A stretch of DNA of 64,000 bases. Origin: Sphyrna mokarran (lineage: Eukaryota). The position numbers and the translations under genes were made by a program. Numbering within the stretch: position 1 is the first letter of the stretch; each line of letters starts with the position of its first letter. Location: the NCBI GenBank assembly GCA_024679065.1, contig JAGIQG010000024.1, positions 4,340,001 to 4,404,000 of the forward strand, in the 5' to 3' direction. Below, one piece after another: positions 26,531-39,512 of this stretch. The notes under the pieces are model-generated. The model saw only the letters and a program-made list of their open reading frames with translations. It ran no database searches and was not told where the DNA came from.

Positions 26531-28669
26531 ATGTAATATCAATTTTAATTGCCTTTGATTTCTCTTAGCAAATTATTTTTAAATTTAGGTGTTTTGACAG
26601 TATTTTTGATCTTAGTTGGTCTGTTGAGGGAAGTGTTGGGTGAAAGCTGACCATCTCCTTCAGTTTGAATAAATCGAAGGTAATCTTCTGACAGTAACTA
26701 ATTTTTTAAAGGAAACAGTTTTAAGTTTAAAGTACTTTTTAAATTTTAAATTGAGGAGAGCTATTTACTATATGTCATGTACTTCTCAGCTGCAAGGTGA
26801 CAGAACTGTCTTTAATGTACTCATTGCTAATGCCACCTTTGTTTATTTGATGCCGTTAGGTATAATATGTGGCTGTCGTATTACCTAATGCTGCAGAATT
26901 AACCCTATTTATATTGATGGATGTATCTTGGAGCACTCCTCACAATGCAGCAACAGTGATTATGCATTTGTGCTCATGAGTGAATTGCAATTTTTGTTCG
27001 AGACCATAAACCTTCAGTGATAGTTGAAAGTTCTGTCTGAGTGGGATGAATGCTGAGCACTCGCCAGTCAAACAAGCTATTATTTTATTAGCTTCCGGTC
27101 ATTCAGGTTACCATACACACAAGCACAAAAAGTAATCTTGAAAGGGCAATAGGATGTTGCCCTTAGCTCAAGAATGGTGGAGTACAACAGCTAGAACGCA
27201 ATGTTGCAGTTGTGCAGTACTGCCTTTAGCTTTTGGCACTGGACCCCAGGAAGAGTATACTGACCTTGAAAGAAGTATAATTCATCTTCACTGTACTTGA
27301 AAGGACTGAATTATGAAGTCTGTTGCACGAACCTGGTTTCTATTCCTTTGAGTTTAGAAGGTTGACATCTAGACTCAACGTTCGTTCTATTCTCTTTGCA
27401 GATGCTTTCAGATCTGTTGAGATTTTCCAGCATTTTCTGTTTTGTCTCAGATTCCAGCATTACATTTATCTTAGTACCTCCTGTTCCATTGGATTGGATA
27501 CATACAATAAGTCTGGTATCTGATAAGTTGATCCCATTGCCCTGCCCATGTCACCAGAGGAAAATAAACCATAGTTATGCAACTGTCATGTGATAGAATC
27601 AGATTGAGATAATTCTGGGGAAGAATGTGTTTCATTTTGTGGTGATGGTGAGAATGGGGCAGCTGCTTGGAGCAAGAAACATGGGTTTTCCGCAACTGAT
27701 CCCGTAGCATTGTATTTATGTGTCACCTATCAGCAGACCATCTTTATACAAAATGCATTGCAGCATTCGGCAAAACTTATTTGATAGCACCTCTTCGGAC
27801 ATCTACCACTAGTAGGACAAGAACAGCAGACACGTGAACAGCACTACCTGCATATTCTCCTCCAAGCTATATACCATTTTGATTTGAAACTATATCGCTG
27901 TTCCTTTGCTGTCACTGGATCAAAATCCTGGAACTCCCTCCCTAACAGCATTGTGGGTGCACCAGATGGACTGCAACGATTCAAGACAGCTTGCTACTTC
28001 CTTAAGGGCAATTTGGGGTGGGCAACAAATCCTAGTCTTGCCAGTGATGCTCACATCCCATCAAAGAATTTTTAAAAATCATCTTGATTTTTCAGAGTTG
28101 AGTACTTTTCATCAGTAGTACCCTCCCTCCTAAACGTCAACCCATTTTAGGCCTGTTGAACTTGTCAGTGCTTCTGTTACCATAGAAGCCCACAGGGCAT
28201 TTGGGAATTGCACCCCCTCCCTTCACCCTCCCTGCAACAATGCAGTCAGTTTGGCACCATTTGCTACTTTCTCTTGCCATACATTTCTCGTGAGAGAAAC
28301 CTGATCTATCCAACATAGTTGCAAAATGTTAATTTTCTAAATAGTGGAATCATAGAATCCATATAGTGCAGAAGGAGATCATTTGCCCCATTGAGTCTGC
28401 ATCGACAATAGTCCTACCTCCCAACCCTGCATATTTATCTGCTAATCCCCCTGACACTAAGGAACTTCATGATGAAATAATATCTCGCTCTAATAGCTAG
28501 TGCTATCAGAAGTGTAAACAATTAAGATAGTCACACAACAGCCCCTCAATTTCTGTTGATTTGTTTGATTTATGAATGTGGCTATTGGATTTGTGGAACT
28601 TGTCACATGTAAATCCATTAACAGTTAACTAAGTGATATTAATCAAGACTTCTGCCCCAGCCTCAACAC

Positions 28670-29285
28670 ATCAGCATATGGCATGCTTGCCTTCATGTAG
28701 AGATGCCGGCATTTAGCTGGGGTATTGAGTTTAAAAATTGGCAACTCATGTTGCAGTTTGATAGAACCTTGGTTAGACTGCACTTGGAATATGGTGTTCA
28801 AGTCTGGTCGCCACACTATCAGAAGGATGTGGAGACTTTCGAGAAGGTACAGAAAAGATTTACCAGGATGTTGCCTGGTATGGAAGGCATTGACTCGATT
28901 TGCTCTCACTGGAGCAATGGATGTTGAGGGGCGACCTGATAGAAATCTGAGATCATGAGAAGCATGGATTGAGTGGAAAGTCTGAAGCTTTTTCCCAGCA
29001 TGGAAGAGTCAGTTACTGGGGGGCATAGGTTTAAGGTGCGAGGGGCAAGGTTTAAAGGAAATGTGCAAGGCAGATTTTTCACACAGTGAGCAGTGAATGC
29101 CTTGAACTTGTTGCTGGGGGATGTAGTGGAAATAGATAAGATAGTGACTTTTAAGGAGCATTGTGACAAATACATGAATAAGATGGGAGTAGAGGGATAT
29201 GGTCCCAGAAGGATGGGGGTTTTAGTTAAGTTGGGTAGCATGGTTGAAGGGCCTATTCATGTGCTGTAATTTTCTTTATTCTTTG
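28670..29285 (+). mobile_element. CR1 LINE 3' end
   Basis: ORF reads LVRLHLEYGVQVWSPHYQKDVETFEKVQKRFTRMLPG; 3' tail TTTTCTTTATTCTTTG. Confidence 0.88.
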
Positions 29286-29663
29286 TCTGAGTGGATTTCC
29301 AGCTGCTCCAGTATCCTTCCACAATCCAAAGATGTTGCATGTAACATGCTGTCTCGCTGGAGAGTCAGTGCAATTCAGTGGGGCTCAGTGGCCTTCTGCA
29401 CTGTAGGGATTTTATGAGTACTTTATACTGGAACAATATGCCAGGCAACAAATAGTAATGACTGAAATTATTTAAACTGTTTAAGTTCTACTAGTACAGT
29501 CAGTTCATTTATGAAATGCCATGCATCACTTAAAGAAACCTTGAAATCTGTACAATGAATCTTATTGGGAATCATCATTTCTCTTAGTTGAACTCAGCTT
29601 ATTGAACTCTGATTATTCAGTTTTTAGCCTTTCTATAAATGAATACCATTAATGGTGAAAATC

Positions 29664-30208
29664 TGATATGGAGTTGCTGGCATTGGATTGGAGTGAGAAC
29701 AATAAATAGTCTGACAACACCAGGTTAAAGTCCAACAGGTTTATTTAGTAGCACATGCTTTTGGAGTGTGGCCCCTTCATCATGCAGGGTTTGGCTCACA
29801 AAAAGAGCTTTAAGACACACAACACAGAATTGCTGAGCAGAAACTGATAGCCAAGTTCCACACGAGGACAGCCTCAACCAGGATCTTGGGTTCATGTCAC
29901 ACTGGCTGTAAATTCCACAATTTGCCTGTGCTTGCAAAACCTCACTAACCATCCCGGCTGGAGACAATTTACGTCTTTAAAATGTGTTTAACCCTCTCTC
30001 CACTCGTATTGTCTGCACCTGTAAAGACATGCATTCCAACCATTATCTTGTAATTGAGTTTGTGTCTGTACTGTTGGGTTTCTATGATTTCTATGATATG
30101 CCCTATTTGTAAAATAAATCCTGCACCCACCTGATGAAGGGGCAGCACTCCAAAAGCTCATGCTTCCAAATAAACCTATTGGACTTTAACCTGATATTGA
30201 GAGACTAT
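29664..30208. mobile_element. Penelope-like element with inverted terminal repeats and a C-terminal ORF remnant
   Basis: Inverted GGTTAAAGTCCAACAGG arms. The centre translates QHRIAEQKLIAKFH / EDSLNQDLGFMSHWL*, resembling the end of a Penelope GIY-YIG domain. Hammerhead-like CTGATGA...AAAAGCTC at 30131. Confidence 0.75.
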
Positions 30209-31399
30209 TTGGTAAAAATCTAGACACTTTTTCAAAAATTAATTTTTAATATAAAATATGCCTTTCAAGGTCTGTTATCCATTGCAGCATGTGTACATTT
30301 TTTCCTGTAAATTTAAATTGATGAGGTAACAAGTATTTTTAGAATTGTGAACTATTTGGCTGAAAACGGATAAAGCAGTCAAGAGTGTCAGCCAATGGTG
30401 GAGAGTGATGTGTTATAAATTAAATGGACAGTTGCCAGCAAAAGTTTTGAACAAATTTGGAATGCGGACCTGCCATTCTGAGATTGGTGCTTATCTGGGA
30501 TGAGCTTGACTGCCTTTTGCTAGTCAGCCTGTAGCTGTTTCAACTTGCAGTTTGAGCTGTAATGTTTTCGATAGAAACTCTTCAGCCAATGAACTGAATA
30601 AAGCTTTTGCATAAGTTTAATATCCCACCACATTTTAGAGAACTAAATAAGTTGGACAATTTGTTGAATTATAATGGGTTAGTAGTCTGATAGTTCTTAA
30701 CTTGACAAGATTTGCAGTTATATTAGTGAATTATCATAATTACATAATTAAAATGTGTTAATTTCAAAATTTATCTAATTGTTTTTGTAAGTTGATGTGA
30801 TTGGTAGATTTTGTTTTAATTTGTTTTGTACCAGAAAAATGAAGTTATCAGTATCTTGCATGCACTGATTTTTATTTAAAATTAAAATGGTTATCTTAAA
30901 TGAGAACTCTGGGAAAATATTTGCTCCACATTCTTTGGATCTTTGTCACTCGGGAGCAATCTCAGCAATCTGTAGCAACTATTTGTCATTGCATTTGAAA
31001 GGAGCAGCACTGAATGTTCTAAATTGGAAGTAGCATTTTTTAATGACATTTCTATTTCATAGAATCCCTACAGAGCAGGAGGTGGTTATTTGGCCCATCA
31101 GCACTGACTGTCCCAAGAGGACATCCCACCAGGCCCTATCCCCATAGCCTCATGTATTTACCCTGTTAATCGCCCTAATGACACATCATGGGACTGCACA
31201 TCTTTGGGATGAAACCCAAGCACTGAAGGAGTCAATGCAGACATGGGGAGAACATGCTAACTCCACACAGTCACCCAAGGCATTGAACCCAGGTCCTTGG
31301 CCCAGACAGCAGTGCTCACCACTCTGCCATCATCCCAACCTGATGACTATTTACATAGTTGTTATTATTAGAATTTTCCTCAGACTGTGCAGTACTGAG

Positions 31400-32230
31400 A
31401 CACCCCATGTCCAAATGTAACAAGATTTGAACAACATCCAGGCTTGGGCTGATGATTTGCAAGTAACATTTGCACCACACAAGTGCCAGATAATGACCTT
31501 CTCCAACAAGAGAGGATCTAACCGTTGTCTCTTAACAACTCTTAACATAGTGGGGATTCAGAGATGGCAGCCATCTCTGAATCCCCACTATAAACATCCT
31601 GGAGTTATCATTGACGAACTAAAGTGGACTGGCCATATGAATACTATGGTAATGAGCAGATCAGAAGCTAGGAATCCTGTAGCGAGTAACTAGCCTCCTG
31701 ACACTCCAAAACATGTCCACCATCTACAAGGTACAAGTTGGGAGTATGATTAAATACTTTCCACTTGCCTGGATGCGTATAGCTGCAACAATACAAACTC
31801 AGCACCATCCAGGACAAAGCATCTCGCTTGATTGGTACCCCTTTCATAAGCACTCAATTCCTTTACAACTGATAAACAGGCAGTCATGGTGAAGATTGAT
31901 TGCAGGAACTCCCCAAAGTCCCTTAGGCAGCAACTTTCAAATCCACGACCACCACAGTCTAGAAGGACAAGGGCAACAGATACCTGGGAAAACCATCCGG
32001 AGGTTCCCCTCCAAGTCACTCATCAAGCTGACTTGGAAATATATCATCATTCCTTCACTGTCATTGCGTCAAAATCCAGAATCATCTCCCTAATATCACT
32101 GAGTGTATCTACACATTGCATTTCAGTGCCTGAAGAAGGCAGCTCACCACTACCATGTCCAGGGCAATTGGGATGAACAATAAATGCTGGTCTTGTCAGT
32201 GACAGCCACATTCCATAGATGAGTTTTAAA
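31400..32230 (+). mobile_element. CR1/L2-clade LINE 3' portion
   Basis: ORF reads NNIQAWADDLQVTFAPHKCQIMTFSNKR; tail GGGCAATTGGGATGAACAATAAATGCTGG. Confidence 0.8.
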
Positions 32231-33332
32231 AAAATTAATAAATTCCAATATGTTAATAGCTTTAAATCTTTAATCAAGATCAGTAAATTATCATGCTTAA
32301 TATTTTTCAGACTGCTCAGTTACTTTAGATTTAAACATTAACTACAAACAATGTTCCAAATCTTTCACAACATTGACCTTGGTGTCTGGAAGGGCATTCT
32401 GATGTGATGTATAATCAATCAAACGATACTAGTTCAACAGGTTATAGAAGTTTAAATTGAAGTTAAACTCTGAACAGGCATGAGAATTCTAATAGCATCA
32501 TTCTAGAGTGAGTTTCACAGACATTGCTCCAGATTTTTTGATGCAGAATATTGCGGCTCTCGAAGTGCTTCACTTCCTGGTTTAAATATCAGGAACTCTT
32601 ATATTGTTCATCCAGTTGTTCATTTTGACTACAACTCAAGTGTTGCAGAGGATGGCCACTGGCATGTGTTAGATCATCCTCATTGAATCCTGCATATGGT
32701 GAACCCATATTGAGTTCAATAGCAGGAGATTGGTTTTCTCTGTCACTTGACAAGAGATGGGTTGAACGGTTACAAATTTTAATGTGTTGGCTTTAATATG
32801 ATGCAATTTTTAAGGGGATGGTTATCTTAAATCTCTGGTATGCAAAAGGTGTTTTGGTAAACCAGATAATTGAAGGGAAGAATTCTGAAAATCAAATGAA
32901 AGAAATCAGTTCAGAATTTCCCATTACTTCCTCAAATACGGAATATTCTCATTTGCCTTCTCTTTCTCATCCATATTTTAAATAGAAAGAAGCTCCATTA
33001 ATGGTTTTGCATAATTACACCATGAGTAAGATCATTTTAGCTTCTGAAATCTATAATAGAGATGTGGTTTTATCAGAAGTATTTATTTTCTGGGAATCAG
33101 TTAGGATGGAGACCAGGTGTGGTGTATTTCTGGCTTTGTAAAGAATTTGAAGCCTTTGTTTTATCAGACTAAATATGTTTTGTAGTGATCAGTTCCTTAA
33201 AAATCATGGCTGAAGCTTCCGTGCTTTCTTCCATGAATGCTAAATTGTATTACACTTAAGATTTTCACATTTTTTTTGTTTTAATGTTTGTATTTCCAGA
33301 TTTTTTAATCTTGCAATAGCTTTTGAACTACA

Positions 33333-33465
33333 ATGCCTTTAGTGACGAGGAACATTGAACCGAGGCATCTATGCCACCAACCTCTGCCTAATATTGTTCA
33401 AAGTGAATTGGAATGTGTAACGAATGTTACACTTTCAAATGTCATCCGGCAGCTTGGCAGTCTGA
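33333..33465 (+). CDS. WASF2: WASF2/WAVE2 first coding exon (WHD/SHD domain N-terminus)
   Basis: Translates [44 protein letters not shown], the WAVE2-type N-terminus. Upstream acceptor tttccag ends at 33299; donor gtaagt at 33466, phase 1. Confidence 0.97.
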
Positions 33466-34534
33466 GTAAGTATTATGGTCCGTCTTTGTCTCATTTGTTC
33501 ACCTTTTTAAAGAATTTCAAAAATTCTACTTAGTCTCTCCATCTCAGATTATTTTTGATGCAAAAATAACTAACATTCAAAGCTTAAACTCATGTCTACT
33601 TTTGAGTCCCTTTTCTTTGCTGCAACCTGCTGCTCACTTTGATAAAAATCTCAATGAAACGTGAGGCTGCCACATTCAATTGTCTGTCATCGAAAGGTCA
33701 AGTTTTATTTAGCCTTCTGCAAGCCCCGTGTTGCACTGTGCAACAATGAAGAAGCTAAAGTCTGAGCTTTATTTGCCTCTATAAAGCTTTTGATTTTTGT
33801 GATGGTGTTTTGTTCTCTTTGCCACCAACTATTCAGAGCCTCTCTTTTGCTGACAATGCCTGTGTCATAGTATTTAGGTTATTTTACTCATCAGAATGCT
33901 TTTCAAATAAAGGGAAGTATATAAAAGGAAATAGTGCAACATCTGTTCTCTTTGCACTCCAAAATGAAGGAAGTGTCTCAGATGGGTACTTAGAAATCTG
34001 CTTGTCTGCCTTGTAGATAGGAACAAATGTGAATGAAGGCTATCTTTACTTCTGTACGTTAATTGAGGGAATGTTAAACTACTTGTTCCAGTATTTTTAA
34101 AAAGAAAATGCATTGATGTACTGTCCAAAATTGAAATTTGGATGCAAGTGAGCCTAGCTCGTATAAATATTTTGCTTGAAATTATTAAATTCAAACTTTT
34201 ATTTTAATAGCATGTCTTGTGCTTTGATGGAACCTTTGAATATTGACTCTCTCATTATTATTCTTCCTTTCTGAACAGCTTATAAACCAGTGAATCCAAT
34301 TAAACTATTCCCTAAATCATGTTACTGCTATATTAATCTGTCTTTGACTCCATTTCCCATTTAATCCCCCCTCCCCCCATGCAATTTGAATCTCAATCTC
34401 ACTTTTTACATTCAGAACACTTAGTGCATTTATGTTGGTGCCTTTAATCCCCTTTTTTGCAAGTTTTATTTAACCATGGACTGGATATGATGCAGTTCAG
34501 AAAGTGCTACCATGTGTTTGCAAGCACACTGAAA

Positions 34535-35960
34535 TAGAGTCATTGAGATTTACAGCATGAAAGCAGGCCCTTCAGCCCAACTTGTCTATGTCAACCCTTT
34601 TTTATTTAATCCTGAAGCTAGTCCCAATTGCTTGCGTTTGGTCCATATTCCTCTATACCCATGTTACCCATGTAACTGTCTGAATGCTTTTCAAAAGACA
34701 AAATTGTACCTGCCTCTACTAATATCTCTGGCAGTTTGTTACAGACACTCACCACCCTCTTGAAAAAAATGCCGCTCTGTACATTTTTATATCTCTCCCC
34801 TTTCTCCTTAAACCTATGCCCTCTAGTTTTAGAGTCCCCTACCTTTGGGAAACGATGTTGACTATCTAACTGATCTGTGCCCTTCATTATTTTACAACCT
34901 CTATAAGATCACCCCAAGCTCCTATGCTTCAGAGAAAAAGTCCCAGTCTATTCAGCGTCCTTATAACTCAAATCCGGTTGTGTCCTAGTACATCTTTTCT
35001 GCACTCTTTTTAGTTTAATAATATTGTTTCTATAATAGGGTGACCAGAATTGCACACAACATTTCAAGTGTGGCCATACTAATGCATCCTAACCTCTATT
35101 TTCAATGTTCTGAGCAATGAAACCAGGCATGCCAAATGGCTCCTTCACCACTTTGTTCGCCTGTGACTCCACTTTCAGGGAGCTATGAACATTGCACTTA
35201 GATCTATTTACTTTATAATTCTCCCCAGTGCTCTACTATTAACTGAGTAAGTCCTGCCCTGGTTTGATTGACCAAAATGCATCACCTTGCATTTATCTAA
35301 ATTAAACTCCATCTGCTATTTGTCAGCCCACTGGCCCAATTAATCAAGATCTCTAGAAGGACTTCTAGATAACCTTCACTGTCCACTATGTCACCAATCT
35401 TGATGTGATCTGCAAACTTATTAACCACGCCTACTAAATTCTCCTCCAAATTATTAATATAAATGACAAATAACAGTGGACCCAGCATTCATTCATGAAG
35501 TACACCGCTGGTCACAAGCCTCCAGTTTGAAAATAACCCTCTACAATGACTGTTTGCTTTCTGTCATCAAGCCAATTTTGTATCCACTTGGCTGCATCAC
35601 CCTGTGAGATTTAATCTTATTCAACAATCTACCATGTAGAACCTTGTATCAACTGCATTGCCCTTATCTGCCGCCTTGGTTACCCCTTCAAAAATCTGAA
35701 TCAAATTTGTGAGACATGATTTTCCACTCAAAGCATATGACTGTCCCTAATTAGTCCTTGCATCTCTAAATGCCTGTAGATCCTATTTCTCAAAATACTT
35801 CCTAATAACTTAGTACAGATGTGAGACTCACTGGCCTGTAGTTCCCAGGCTTTTTCCTGCAGCCCTTAAACAAAGGCACAACATTTGCTACCTTCCAATC
35901 TTTAGGCACCTCATCTGTGATTAGTGATAATTCAAATATCTCTACTAGGGGACTCGCAGG
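34535..35960 (-). mobile_element. CR1 LINE RT fragment with 3' end
   Basis: ORFs read VPKDWKVANVVPLFKG...PGNYRPVSLTSV, LGPLLFVIYINNL...KFADH and SKTRGHRFK. Confidence 0.9.
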
Positions 35961-36065
35961 TAGCTGAAGAAGTCCAATAATATTGCAGAGTTTCAAGCTT
36001 AGCATTTTTAAATGTGAAATATTATAATTCTTGGTTGTTAATCTGCTGTCTTTAATCCTTGTCAG

Positions 36066-36200
36066 GTAAATATGCTGAGGACATCTTTGGTGAGCTATTT
36101 AGAGAAGCAGTCAGTTTTGCTGTTCGAGTAAATAGCCTTGGAGAGCGGATTGACCGTTTGCAGGTTAAAGTCACGCAACTTGACCCCAAAGTAGAAGATG
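36066..36200 (+). CDS. WASF2: WASF2 coding exon 2
   Basis: cag acceptor; (S)[44 protein letters not shown]; donor gtaaga at 36201; 135 nt, phase 1/1. Confidence 0.97.
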
Positions 36201-37276
36201 GTAAGAACGACTTGGTGGTGCTATTTGTGTTTGTTGGTGGTTGTGCAAACCTCTCCATTCTGTGCTTTCAGCTCTGTTCGTGTCTTAACTTAGAAGCACT
36301 TAAGTTGTTACCCTGTTCCACTTTCAGACCAGCAGTCACTTTGCTGGCTAGTGTTTCTTTTTAAGTTTTGTTATTGAATTTTGCATTTAATGGAAGACAT
36401 GTTAATGCTAGTCATCAGAGCAATGTCTTAAGCACCCATAGTCAATGTCAAGCATTCTCTGGTCAAACACAACTTGAATTAAAACCAGAAAATACTGGCA
36501 TGAAATGCTGTTGTTTTAATATGCATTAAGACTCATTGTATCAGTGTACTTTGTCACGGACAGGAAAGTAGAGAAACAGTTAATGCAGCAAGCAAATGAT
36601 AGGTCAGTGTTGCACTTGCCAACAGAATGGAGCTGTACAATAAAATGGTCTCCCATTTAAAATGGTTAGAGGGCACTGCATAATATGCAGCATACACTAG
36701 CTTGGAAAAGATACAAGTAAATTGCTACTTTACCCAAACTTTTAATTAGTCAGCCAGGAGGAAGTGAAAGGACAACTCGTGCATATCCTGCGTTTACAAG
36801 GGAAGAGTGAAATCCCAGCTGAGACAAAAGGACATTTCTGAAAAACAGTATGTCATCCTCTTTGTGCATATGTCATCTTGAATTTGGGAAACAAAAAAAA
36901 AAATGAAGGATCAGTAATAAAGATAAAATGTAGTAATAGGGCTGGAAGAAGAAGACATTAACTGGTTTTGCATCATGTAAATGCACTGTGTGGTATATTG
37001 ACATAGCCTGGGAGAGTCCAGTTTTTTTTTGACTGTGCTAAGCTGATGTCACCTGAGGTAGTGATGGAGTGTTGCAATTTGTTTTGATATTTCTTGGCTA
37101 ATGAAATTAAATAGCAACTCAATATGTACATTAGGAAGGGGTGGAGTGGGGAGGGTGCTCCTTAAATGGAGAGCCTAGCCAATTTGACACATGAATGCAG
37201 TGTGGCCTCTTGGGCAAGGTAATGAAAAACATGCATGAGGGCTATTGAAGTTTTAAGCAAATCTATTTATTTTCAG

Positions 37277-37430
37277 TTTCACTGCAAACTATCAACCTGA
37301 GGAAAGCCTTCAAAAGCTGCACAAACCAGGATCAGCAGTTGTTTTGTCGATCATCTCTGCCAGTTCCTATTGATGATACGTACAATACATGTGACAAGCC
37401 ACCACCCCTTCATATTCTAACTCCATATAG
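37277..37430 (+). CDS. WASF2: WASF2 coding exon 3
   Basis: tttcag acceptor; (V)[50 protein letters not shown](R); donor gtatga; 154 nt, phase 1/2. Confidence 0.97.
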
Positions 37431-38678
37431 GTATGAGATGCTAACCATCATGTGGCATTCTTATTTATACATTTTAAAATTTTGTTCACTTGTACTTTGG
37501 AAAGTAAAGCAAGCAGAGCTGACTATTTTTAACTCATTTTATATAAAGTGGATCGTAGTTGTATTCTAATAGGGGACATTGCATTTTCAGTGATGGAGGG
37601 AGAAGTGTTTCTGTTACCTCTGCCCCATTTATTAAAATCCTTGTACCAGGCAGAATGGTCACAAACTTGGTGAAATCTTGTCTGAATGAAATACCTGACA
37701 TAATTTCATGAATTTTCAACGTTTTAAATAATTATAAAGATTTCATGCGTCATATCATCAAATAAGTTGCAAGGCACATAACCTGAATTACTGACTTGTA
37801 GCTCCAGTTCAGTTACTTTGGGAGCAGTCATTTACAGATTGCTGTCTGAAACTTCTGCATTGGAAACTTCTTTAATTTTATTAACTGCCTGCAGCCTTGG
37901 TTCTTTGGGAAGCTACTCAAACAGTTGTTCTTTTTGTCCTCAGATGGAAAGCTATTGATTGCTAATGTTTCAATTTCAGTGATCAATGAATTTAATCTTC
38001 ATATTATATATAATATAAAATCACTTTACAGAACTGTCTTTTAAAAAACCTCCTCTTTACAGCCATTAAAGGAAGTACAAGATGTTCAAATAGAATTTTT
38101 ACAAATAATATGCATTGCCATAAACCAGAATCTGTAGGTGATTATGGAACACCTTTATTCACCCTCAAATTATCCCTAAAGTCTTGATTTCCAAATGAAC
38201 TCAGTTGTACTGTAGATAAATGTGGCAACTAATATGTGCACAGCAAGTTGCAAAAACAACAAATGATTTGAATAATCCGTTAAACAGTTAATTTGGTGGT
38301 GAAGCTTGTTAGCTGGAACATGAACAGAAGTCTGTGTGTCTTTGAATTGTGCCATTGTTTTTTTTAATATGGCTAAAACAGACAGGATTCAAGTTCAAAG
38401 CCCATCCAAAAAATTGCATCTCCCAGAATACAGCAGATCCTCAGTCTTCTATTGAAGTGAAACTTTTGTGTACAACCTTTTGACTGATAGGCAGGCTGCT
38501 ATCAACAAAGTTAGCTGCTTAGGGAAATGAAATATTTTTCAGACTTGGACACAAAGACATTAATAGAAACTGTCACTATTGGATTTTTTGATAAATGGTT
38601 CATCATTGCCTTAGTTGCTATGTCTTAAAAGTTAAGTCTTTCAACATTTATGTTGATGGTGATTTCCTTCTGTTGCAG

Positions 38679-38796
38679 AGAGGATGGAAAAGACAGCCTT
38701 AAGTTTTACACTGACCCTTCCTATTTCTTTGATCTTTGGAAAGAAAAAATGCTGCAAGACACCAAGGAGATAATGAAAGAGAAAAGGAAACACAGG
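38679..38796 (+). CDS. WASF2: WASF2 coding exon 4 (end of WHD, start of basic region)
   Basis: ttgcag acceptor; [39 protein letters not shown]; donor gtattg; 118 nt, phase 2/0. Confidence 0.97.
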
Positions 38797-39512
38797 GTAT
38801 TGCTTTATATTTTAGTCTTGAATAATGGTGAATGGATGGTTCAAAGCTGAAATTGAATGGAATGTGATTCTCTTCATTTATGAATTGCATTTCCTTTTTG
38901 TTGTTTCACCCTAGCAAGTGGGTACTGGCAATTAAAAATAACAGGAACTTGGCATTCTAAACTGTGCTGAATTTATACCAGCAAGACAAGTGTAAATTGT
39001 ATGCAAGAGAAAAAGTTCCAGGCAGCCGCAATGACTTCAAATTTTGAAACCTACAGCAATGCCAACGTGCTTTCTATCTTCTGTGTATTTTATATTCAAT
39101 CACCTGATTATACAGAATCGGTCATTGGATAGTGACTTGTACAGTAGCTGTAGGCAAAGCCGCCTTCAATTTTGGCCGGCAAGTACAATCAGAATAGTGA
39201 TTTACGCACCATTATCTGAAATGCAGAGTGCAAAATTATGATGCGAGTCTCTAAATGACACTTAATTGGCTATGGAGAAATGATCTGTTGATGCTGTCTC
39301 CAGTGTTAATACATTATTGATTGAAAAGAGTTATGTGGATTAATTTAATTGTGAAGTCAAAGATCTGTAAGAAAGATGTAAAAAAAAAATGGAGAAGTGA
39401 ATTGGAGCCAGACTTGGTTAGTGGGGAAGAAAAACTGAAGGACAAAGAAAAACTAATTAGTACTTCATTCATACTGCATCCTCTACCTACATTTCAAGTT
39501 CTCTTCTATTCT

